A stretch of DNA of 64,000 nucleotides from Phoronis australis (taxonomy: Eukaryota > Animalia > Phoronida), in the NCBI GenBank assembly GCA_002633005.1, contig NMRA01000677.1:62001-126000 (forward strand), written 5' to 3'. Below the pieces are notes generated by a model, which was given only the letters and a program-made list of their open reading frames with translations, ran no database searches and had not been told where the DNA came from. The position numbers and the translations under genes are program-made. This document shows, piece by piece, positions 38,701 through 47,800 of the stretch. Numbering within the stretch: position 1 is the first letter of the stretch; every line of letters starts with the position of its first letter.

Positions 38701-41700
38701 AATTATTCAAGCAAACAAAATACCTGAAAAATTGTATCTCACCAACAAAAACATAAAAATTGAGCCTGAACTCGGAAAATTCAATTTAATACCTTGTTTT
38801 AAGGCAATCATTTCTGTGTTGAAATGCCAGAAGAAATGAAAATTTTCAACAAATTCAATTACTTTTTTTTCAAATTACACCTCTAAATCATAATGCTTAG
38901 CTGGTAAACAGTAACTTGTTTGTTCATGATCCATACAAACTTCATTATTGATGTTTTCTTTCACAGCGAAGATAACTTTCCACGGCTGCTAACCCAATTG
39001 CCACATAATCAGTAACCTTTGAACTAAAAATCCTTATTTTGTATGTGAAAACAATTTTCAACAGTTATAGGAAAGTTCAAAATTCAATCAAAAGATGGCA
39101 TGATACACCCAAAACAACAATGTTTAATTACATACCATTTTCAACAAAAATGCCATCAAAAACAAGCACATCCCATTGAAAAATGCCATCAAAAACAAGC
39201 ACATCCCATTGCAGTCAACACAGTTGATTTCTCCCCACTGGAAAACCGGTCATCAACCCCTAATCAAATTCAGTCAGCTGCAGAGGTATTACAACACACA
39301 GAAATGCGTTGATCAGTGTGATATGACAGGGCCCTCATTCACCAGAGGGGACGGGTGCCTGTGCTTCTGAGGTGAATTTTTCAGGGTGAAGGGAAAATTC
39401 CTCTCAGGCAGACACCACCAACTTCATACCCACCCCAGTCAAAATTACTAAGACACCGCTGTCTTACTATTTCTGCCTGGTTGCCAACTGGTATCCACTT
39501 AAAGTGTTTCGTGTACACCTTGTGGTTGAGGTAGAGTTCATCGGGATCCGACGCATCCTTTGGTGCTTTGGGATTCTTAGTGCATTTCACTTTCAGCTCA
39601 AACTCAATTGTATCTTCAGCAGTGCCATCTGTGTCTCCTGGGTGATGATAATTCACATGTTAGCCAGATACGATGTCAATGAGCGATAACATTATTTATA
39701 ATTGTGAACATAGTGTTTCAGAAATGTACTTATACTACAGTGCAACGCTGGAAGTTCAAATTCAGTAACCTTGGACAGACTCTGAACCCGGGCCTACTAC
39801 ATGGTTACAAAATGCTGTGACAATTGGCATGTAAGTCATCACATGCTACGTATCTACAGGAATAACAAACAACTCAGTTGAGAACGAAAATTTATCGTTC
39901 AATGTTACTGGCAACTCAAACACGCAGAGAAGTGTAAAGAGAATTCATCGTCATATCAAGTGAACAAACAACCTACTTATTCTGACTTACAGGCTGAATT
40001 CCGTTTACCTCTTTATCGATTTAAACAAGAAACATTGTTCCCAAGTCAATAAACAGCACAGTTATTGTCATTTGAAGTGTGAGCAGATTTTTGGGACACC
40101 CTGTAAACTTATGTTTATGAAATGAATTACAATTCACACATCACAGCTTCCACTAATTCAATCACTGGTAGTAAATTGCTAATGGGGACATTAAATGCAT
40201 AGCTGATCCAACTCAGTGAAGCAGACGGCTCTGGAGGGCAGACAATCCTGGAGGGCAAACAATCCTGTCTTAAGTTTGGTGGTCATGGGCCCTAGGAGCC
40301 AAGAAATTTAAATTCAAGGGAGACATTACCAGAAAAAAGCGTTAGGAAAATTAATCCAATATCCATTCCAAAACTTTAAGTATGTATTCACATTGATTAC
40401 AAAAACATTAGAGTTAACTAGAGTTTCGTAGTTCACTGTTTGCTCTATTTGCAGTAACATTTGTACTGGAAGTCGCATGATGTTTCGGTGAATGCTGTTG
40501 AGTAGTACATTCATAATTGCTGACTTTTATTTTTTTCTCCAAGTCCACCTCCTTAAAATTATTCCAAAAAACCTAGCTAATTTACATAATACACCACGAA
40601 ACAATGAATTACTACCTTACAGAGGAAAAACAACAAGGAGCATTCTTCCTTGAGGGCAGCATACACAGTTGTAGAGGGTTTTTTGAGAGAAAACAAAATT
40701 TGCTTTTCAAATGTATCTGAATTGTTTTCACAGAACATTCTGAGTATGAGACAAAATCCCACCAAATTAAAACAATTCCAAAACTCAGAAACATTAATTT
40801 GATGCGATGTCACATGTCTTTTACAGAAAAATGTGGAAATGAGGTTTATCTTCCTTCCATATTGTTTCAGAAATAGGTGAGATTTTACCACAATCACTTT
40901 TGTAGAGCTATATGGAGTATGACATGCAGTTTGCTTCATAGACATAAAGCCGTAGGTACCTTCCTGCCTGTATTCAAACAGGCGCGGATCAGCCTTTATG
41001 GGAATTAGTCCTAGTCTGTGAGCTAACACCTCATCTTGAATGATAGACGTGTTGTTATAGATGAACACTTTTTCAATAGCAATGGTCGGAACCTAGAAAG
41101 CACAATTCAAAGCAACAATGGGACACACATCCAACGTGACAGTCTTTATCACAATTACTGTTTACAGTTGTATAAAATACATGCAGACGAAGGTCCAGAT
41201 AGAATCACAGGGGAGGTCATGGAAAGTCTGTGTTTTTACTAGTGACAATGGAGGCAACTGTGAGCGGTCCCTTAAACCGTGCTCATTCACCAGTTACATA
41301 ATACAGTGCAAAAAACAAGGCACAACTGATGGCCTCCATGGGCTCAAAAATGAACACCAAGAAAATGACAATAACTAAAGGAAAAGCACGCTATAGTTAG
41401 ATGTTGCTCAGCTTCTGTTTGCCATGTTTTCAGTGCAGCTCACCTCCGATAACAGAATCCTTCTGAATGCATTAGCTATGGCAGCATCGACTCCGACCAA
41501 GTCAAACTCCAGCTCATCTTCTGTCATCCGAATAACATCGATGCGGAAGTTCTGAAGTTTAAATCAATACCGCATTAGAAAAAGCAAAGTTAAGCTAAAT
41601 CTGACTAAGTTATTTTTAATTTAGAAATATCTGGCCTGCACATTCAATTGCCATTAAAGTAGACTTTTCAGTTAAGTATCTCAACAAATTTACATAGAAT

Positions 41701-44607
41701 TTTGCACTTAATAAACTGGTATACATTTACGTTAATATCTAATTGTACGGTGCAGGAAACGAAAAAGCTCTTGGCTCACCTGCAATCGACAGGAAATAGT
41801 TTTACAGTGTAACCTGACCACGAAGCTGACAATTATATGTTTCACAGAAAGACTACATAAGAACATGTAATATTCATGACTATCCCGTACTTGGTTTGAA
41901 CCGATTTTTACAGACTCTCATGACTTTTTTGCGGCGCCAATATTTTAACAAGTTTGGAGTCTGAAAATACTTAAATGTTCTATAAATGCTCCTGAACCTT
42001 TTGTGCTTTAGAAGTTTTCAGGCGCCCCGAAATCCCAAGCCTTTTCTGGACTGTGCAAAAAACCTATCAAAAGGCTAAAAGCTTGGGTGAACCAATGACA
42101 GCCCCATGCAGGTCCATCTTTGAAAACTAATTTCTTGGTTTGTTTTTTAGGGTGGAAATCTTTGGTTTGATTCTTTATGCAGCGATATTACAATACTGCG
42201 GACTGGAGCTCACAAAATGCTGCAAAGGGATCATTCACCGTCCTAACTTAATTTGTAATTTTGAATTTAATTATGACTGAGGCTTGACCTAGATGGCGCT
42301 GCATGGGATTTTAAGTCCTGATTGTTTCGTACTTTTTTAAATTTTTCCAAGTTCCAGCTGTCGTCATAGCCTCCATAATTTCCTGGAAAGTCGGAGCTTT
42401 GGGTCTGCAAATAAACCACAAATCATACAAGGCTTTCAGTGTATCTGGTAAACACAACACCTATCTATACCAACAACTTCTACTGTATGAAAGAAATTGC
42501 AAAACAGCAGTTCTGCTTTTAATTAATTGATCTATCACCAGGATTTTGTCGGAAGGTGTAGGGGTATGTAGCGGCAGGTGTTATGACATCAAATCCTCAG
42601 GCATGTGGAGTATAAAAATGGCCAGTTACCGATTTGGGAACTGAACGAGGGACTGCTTGAAGAAAAAGTTTGATAACGGGAGTATTTGTTCGAGTTGGAA
42701 GGAGTTAATGACATCGACGGCCTTTTGCAGGCACTAGTCGGATATAATGGACCCTAACTTAGAGAACCAGTTTTATCCACTAAATAATGGCCGTTATTTA
42801 GTGGATGAAACTGGTTCTCTAAGTCCGGGTCCATTATATCCGACTAGAGCCCTGTTAGGCTCATAAGCCAAGCCCAAGCCAAGGTGCGCCTCTATGCGCA
42901 AAAGGTATTATAACAACATGACTTTGATCATGTTTTAGTCGGTGAGACATAATTCACCGAAAGGATTCCGGCATATGAAGCTCCTATAGGAGCTACACCG
43001 TCTCTACTGCCCAGCTAGAGAAGGTGGTCACTGTTTAACTGAGTGAAACCTCAGGCGTCCTCAGCTTCTGATCGTTCCCAATACAACACTACATAAAATA
43101 CTACAAGGTATGACACTCCCGACTAGAAATTCCACGGGTGCTTCACTTCAGCCGTCCATAGCAAATATAAAACTCAATAAATTTACACAAAACAGATGTT
43201 CAACAAACCATGAAGAATTGTTCTTTCTCCCAATACCATTCACGGTGTCCTGTTCCGGTGACTTAGTAAAAAATTCGCAGTCAAAGAACAAAAATGTTCA
43301 AAGAAAGCCCCCACACACTTTCATCGTGGGCCGCTCGAGGTCAAGGACGGTACGGAAATTGCCGGTGAGTTACGGAAGTACTCAATAGTTTTTCTACTGG
43401 CGGCTATGTGTAGAGTTATCGACATCGTGACTTTACGCGACAAACCGGCAATTTCCGTACCGTCCTTGACCTCGAGCGGCCCACGATGAAAGTGTGTGGG
43501 GTCTTTTTTTGAACATTTTAGTTCTTTGACTGCGAATTTCTTACGAAGTCGCCGGAACAGGACACCGTGAATGAGGGAGAAAGAACAATTCTTCATGGTT
43601 TGTTGAACCTCTATTTTGTGCAAATTTATTGAGTTTTATATTTGCTATGGACGGCTGAAGTGAAGCACCCGTGGAATTTCTAGTCCGAAGTGTCATACCT
43701 TGTAGTATTATATGTAGTGTATTGGGAACGATCAGAAGCTGAGGACGCCTGTGAGTGAAACAATGTCGATTGTCAGTGACTGCTGGACGAAACTTCTAGC
43801 ACAGCCGCAGAACACGCACACCATTGCTGCTTTCCATTCACAATGATTTAAAAAACAAAATTAGTTCAAAAGATCATATAGAGATAGCTTAGTCAACGTG
43901 TACAAGCCCCAGAACATGANCTATCGGCGATTTGCTACAACACAAGCTGTTCCTTTTTCATCAGTCAACATGGACGAGATAACATGACGATGACAGATAC
44001 GATCGTGAGAGAGACGACGAAGGTGATGACGAGAGCAGACGTACGATGATTAATAACGATGACGTTAATAATTGACGAAATCGACCAATGACGTTGACTG
44101 ATGAAAAAGGAACAGCGCGTGTTGTAGCAAATCGCCCGTACATGGCGTTAGATATAGTAAGTTCCCTGAAATAGCTGCAGATTTCACGATGCGCGTGGCT
44201 AAAGTGGACCGAGTTCGAAATAGCGCAGTTATAGACTAGAGTAATTGAGGTTGGGAAAAGGATTTGCACGGATAGCCAGATGTCTGGGGAATGCAAGGAT
44301 ACCAAAATCATTCATTTAGACCTATATTTAGTGGATTTATTTGAAATAAGTTAGGGTCCATTATATCCGACTAGTGCCTGTCGATTGTCAGTGACTGCTG
44401 GACGAAACTTCTAGCACAGCCGCAGAACACGCACACCATTGCTGCTTTCCATTCACAATGATTTAAAAAACAAAATTAGTTCAAAAGATCATATAGAGAT
44501 AGCTTAGTCAACGTGTACAAGCCCCAGAACATGATGTGTTAACTTACATTAGCAACGCCGTGTTCACTGAGTGACACACGTGTGCGAATCTCTTCCATGT
44601 CAGCCAT
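35661..44607 (-). CDS. POLR1C: DNA-directed RNA polymerases I and III subunit RPAC1 (RPA40/AC40), complete, 9 exons, 345 aa
   Basis: Exons 44548-44607, 42333-42404, 41444-41551, 40960-41092, 39468-39637, 38541-38673, 36606-36725, 36099-36215, 35661-35785 total 1038 nt. Motifs: [97 protein letters not shown]. Confidence 0.97.
36099..36215 (-). CDS. POLR1C: POLR1C exon 8 ([22 protein letters not shown]...RVRNHFI)
   Basis: tgcag / gtgagt. Confidence 0.95.
36606..36725 (-). CDS. POLR1C: POLR1C exon 7 ([11 protein letters not shown]...[13 protein letters not shown])
   Basis: ttcag / gtaaag. Confidence 0.95.
37225..37525 (+). mobile_element. HINE/DINE-1-like (Helentron-associated) non-autonomous element
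   Basis: Starts aaacgagg; contains aaatttcatgaa and a ggacggatgga microsatellite remnant; ends in the hairpin atgcgtccacata-taaa-tatgtgggcgcat followed by aaaaa. Confidence 0.55.
38541..38673 (-). CDS. POLR1C: POLR1C exon 6 ([23 protein letters not shown]...HAKFSPV)
   Basis: tccag / gtgcgt. Confidence 0.96.
39146..39211 (+). repeat. 33-bp tandem duplication (aaaaatgccatcaaaaacaagcacatcccattg x2)
   Basis: Direct repeat visible in sequence. Confidence 0.85.
39468..39637 (-). CDS. POLR1C: POLR1C exon 5 ([19 protein letters not shown]...[11 protein letters not shown])
   Basis: cccag / gtaaga. Confidence 0.94.
40960..41092 (-). CDS. POLR1C: POLR1C exon 4 ([44 protein letters not shown])
   Basis: tctag / gtacct. 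Confidence 0.96.
41444..41551 (-). CDS. POLR1C: POLR1C exon 3 ([36 protein letters not shown])
   Basis: ttcag / gtgagc. Confidence 0.96.
42333..42404 (-). CDS. POLR1C: POLR1C exon 2 ([24 protein letters not shown])
   Basis: tgcag / gtacga. Confidence 0.93.
42611..42958. mobile_element. Partial MITE of the 46419-46742 family (inverted orientation), interrupted by a nested palindrome
   Basis: 42611-42722 and 42881-42958 are diverged reverse complements of ~46495-46606 and ~46411-46490. Confidence 0.7.
42728..42854. mobile_element. 127-bp near-perfect palindromic MITE with CAGG...CCTG termini
   Basis: caggcactagtcggatataatggaccc..cttagagaaccagttttatccactaaataa / ttatttagtggatgaaactggttctctaag..gggtccattatatccgactagagccctg. 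Confidence 0.85.
43050..43753. mobile_element. 704-bp fold-back element (~317-bp inverted arms, ~77-bp spacer) with 8-bp TSD agtgaaac
   Basis: Left arm 43050-43366 is the reverse complement of 43444-43753 with scattered mismatches; agtgaaac at 43042-43049 and 43754-43761. Confidence 0.9.
43766..44534 (+). repeat. Exact 154-bp direct duplication (43766-43919 = 44381-44534) at a single-N join
   Basis: Identical sequence; N at 43920. Confidence 0.92.
43921..44380. mobile_element. Right end of a larger element sharing the TIR of the 42728-42854 MITE
   Basis: Ends taagttagggtccattatatccgactagtgcctg, the reverse complement of the 42728 TIR; internal inverted repeat ~43926-43968 vs 44093-44135. 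Confidence 0.75.
44548..44607 (-). CDS. POLR1C: POLR1C exon 1 ([20 protein letters not shown])
   Basis: ATG followed by gtaagt donor; resembles the family N-terminus. Confidence 0.9.
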
Positions 44608-44823
44608 GACAGATTGAAAGCCACAACCAAAACAATAAATTTTATGGAAAGAAACGATGTAGTTTTACTCTAAGACGTAAAATTTGTGTGTTTAAATTAT
44701 TTTAAAAAGATAATGTGGTGTAAAACTTGAAATTTTTAACAATTGGAAGCTATCACTTATGTGGCTTCCAATACATTTTACTGGGAGGCGGTGTCGGCCA
44801 TTATTTCAGGATTCTGCAGAAAT
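44608..44823. promoter_or_regulatory. Compact bidirectional promoter and both 5' UTRs between POLR1C and AP2S1
   Basis: Divergent start codons 216 bp apart; GGGAGGCGG and a YY1-like CGGCCATTAT on the AP2S1 side. Confidence 0.7.
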
Positions 44824-44826
44824 ATG
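44824..44826 (+). CDS. AP2S1: AP2S1 exon 1 coding part (initiator ATG only)
   Basis: aatATG|gtaaaa; exon 2 starts in phase 0 at Ile2; an ATG-only first coding exon is typical of adaptin sigma genes. Confidence 0.75.
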
Positions 44827-47800
44827 GTAAAAATCGTTGTTTTTATGTTGAACTTTTCCAGTGTATGTATTTTTGTGTTGTTAATTTAATGTATTCCATC
44901 TAAAGAGTCTATCTGACGCACACAAATAATTGAGAGAAACAACGTAACAATTTTACTTCGAGTTTTACATGTGTGTGGTTTGTGGAGAAGCTATTGCCTG
45001 GGCCCGGTATCCAATCTTTTTACTCGAAATGGAACTCGAAAAATTAGGTTTGGCATTTTCTAATATACTTTTGGGCGAACTCAAGATAAGTGTCTATTAT
45101 TCTATGCTCGAGTACACAATAACTTACGTAGATAATTTATTGCCCTTAGTTCACAGTTTGTAAACCCAATATTAAAGCAATAATTTCGAGTTTTAACTCG
45201 AAATTTCGAGTTTTTACTCGAGTTTGTAGCACGAATATAAGGGTCTTCAAGGGCAAACTTGAACTAGAAACTCCTATGCATAAACTATAATGTATTCAAG
45301 CACAGTCTGATAACCAATTACAGTCAAGTGACCTAATTATCGGACGTTTTGGCACATTTTGCATTATATTTAATTGAAAATACTACGGATTGTTGTACAT
45401 TCTTTGCTGAAATAAAGATTTACCTTCACGGAATTGTTCTGTTACTATATCTTGTCACTGAAAGCCACATTTATGTTCCGACTGATCTTCAAAAAACACA
45501 ACAACTAAACCTTCGGAGAACCTAAATATCGGACACCATGTTTCTCCATACGCCACACCGCAGAAAACTGACTAACCATGTAATGGCCGCGGGCACCTTG
45601 TCGCCAAATTTCAGCTCGAGTGTTTTGACATATATGCTGCTAGAACCCAGGTCCATTCGCAACAAAATTATCCATAAAATGAAATCTGATGACGGCGCCA
45701 AGTCGNACGGCACTGGTCAGACATAGCTGTACCTGCTTTAGAGAACCAATTTAACCCCTAGACAGTGTTATGCTATAATAAAGAGAAAGGCGAACAACAG
45801 CTATCCAATATGGTCGCCCACCAGGCACTTCTGCACAAACTCAAATCATGGTTATCTCGGAGTAACATCACAAACCTTATCTGCTACTGCCACCCATTCA
45901 CTAGTTACATTTGTTGACTTCAGCACCAAAAAATACTATCAGTACCTCCAAATTTTCTTTATGTGACCCCAAACATTCACCGTCAGTATGTCCTCGCAAA
46001 CTCGTGTGGCCGGAAGTACATCAATGCCCATGGTCATTAGGCCGCTCAAACATCGCAATAATGCTTACATGAGCTAAAACAGCAACATTATGTACTTCCG
46101 GCCACACGAGTTGGTGTGGTCATATTGACAGTGAATGTTTAGGATCGTACTAAGAAAATCTAGAAGTGCTGATGGTATTTTTTGGTGCCGAAGTCAGCAA
46201 ATGCAAATAGTGAATTTGTGGCAGTAGCAGATAAGATGTGTGAGTACGTTACTCCAAGATAGGTATAATTTGAGTTGTTGCGGAAGTGCCTGGTGGGCGA
46301 CCACATTGGATAGCAGTTGTTCACCTTTGTCTTTATTACAATATCACGTCATGTGGCTGATAAATGTGCCTGTAGTCGTTATTTAACAGTTGAGACGGTG
46401 AAGTTTTTCTGTGAATGATTATGCCTCACACTGATTAAACCATCAAAATCATGTTGCTATAAGTGCCTTTTGTACATAGAGGGACACCTTAGGAGGCTGT
46501 CCATGTCTTTATTTCCTTCCAACTTGAACAAATACTTCCGCAATCACACTCTTTTTTCAAGCAGTCCTTTGTTCAGTTACCAAAATCGGCTACTGGCCAT
46601 TTTTACACAGCACGCGCAAGTAGTATTTGTTCGAGCTGGGAAGAGTCGAAAGACGTCAATGGCCTCCTAAGGTGTCCTTCTTTGCGCAAAAGGAACTTAT
46701 ATAGCGCAGTGACTTAAATGATTTAATCAGTGTGAGGCATAAGTTGCCAAAAAGCTTCTAGCATATAGATGGCCTGTGGGATGGCTTCTGTCTATTGCCA
46801 GTTTGAGACGGTGGTACTGTTTATGTCCGCTCACGCACTGTAGAGCAGTGTCCACTGGCAGACTGGTGAAGAAAGCCAGGTTTTGTTTACAATCCGACTC
46901 CAAAATTGTGGCCACTCCATATTAATATTTTCTGTGTCTCCTCTTTATGCTGATTCCAAAAAACTATCAAATTTACGTGTTTTTTTTCTTCTCAAATTAT
47001 AAAAATGTCGTTTCTTGCTGCACTATTTTATGTCCTCTCTCAAATATTGCATATTACAAGAAAATAGTCCTGCTTTCAATCTTAAAATATTAGGGTTTGT
47101 GCCCCTCAATTTAGTGTTAGGGTCACACTCAATGTGATGTTACAGTTAAGGCTAGCCTTGGTGCAAATCTGTATAAATACACATTGGGAAAAACTGGCCA
47201 TAGATACAAAAATCTGCCTACATTTTCCTTGAGTGAACTAAATCCATCAGAAGGTGCTAAAGTAATGCTGCTAAATGTATGAAGCCATCTTATCCTTAGG
47301 CTTTTAGCGCCACGAAATTGAACGTCATCTATACCGGCCTATTTCTTTTCACTGATTTTTCAATCAGCTGTTCTTCAACAAGGTTGCGTACGTGTCACAA
47401 CTTAATCAGAATTGGTTTCATTTCGTTATAAATACAAGTTTTTAATAATTTTATACGAGGAACTGTAGGAGTTTGTAATTCTGAGCAAATATTGCCTTGT
47501 CAAAATTGTCGTCATCCCTCGAAAGATGTTGCAAAAGGTTTAGTAGATTGTGTGCGCATGTACCACGAGTGTACTGTTTTTCCAAGTTGACAATTTAAGT
47601 CTTTTCATTGTTACAAAAACCGGAGAATTTTGCAAGAACATCATGTTTAATAGATTTTTTTTCATTTATACGACTGTAATGGATAAGGTGAATGTCTGAT
47701 GACCCCCAGATTTTGCATCCACCCCCACTTGTTGTTAGTTCCACATGTTGATGTTCACGACTTAAATGACAAGCAAACTGCTTGGCAGTGTGAAGCTTTG

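Noticed and set aside
43110-43623. Two similar ORFs on opposite strands (92 and 100 aa)
   Set aside because: The similarity is caused by the DNA palindrome; no transposase or other motifs.
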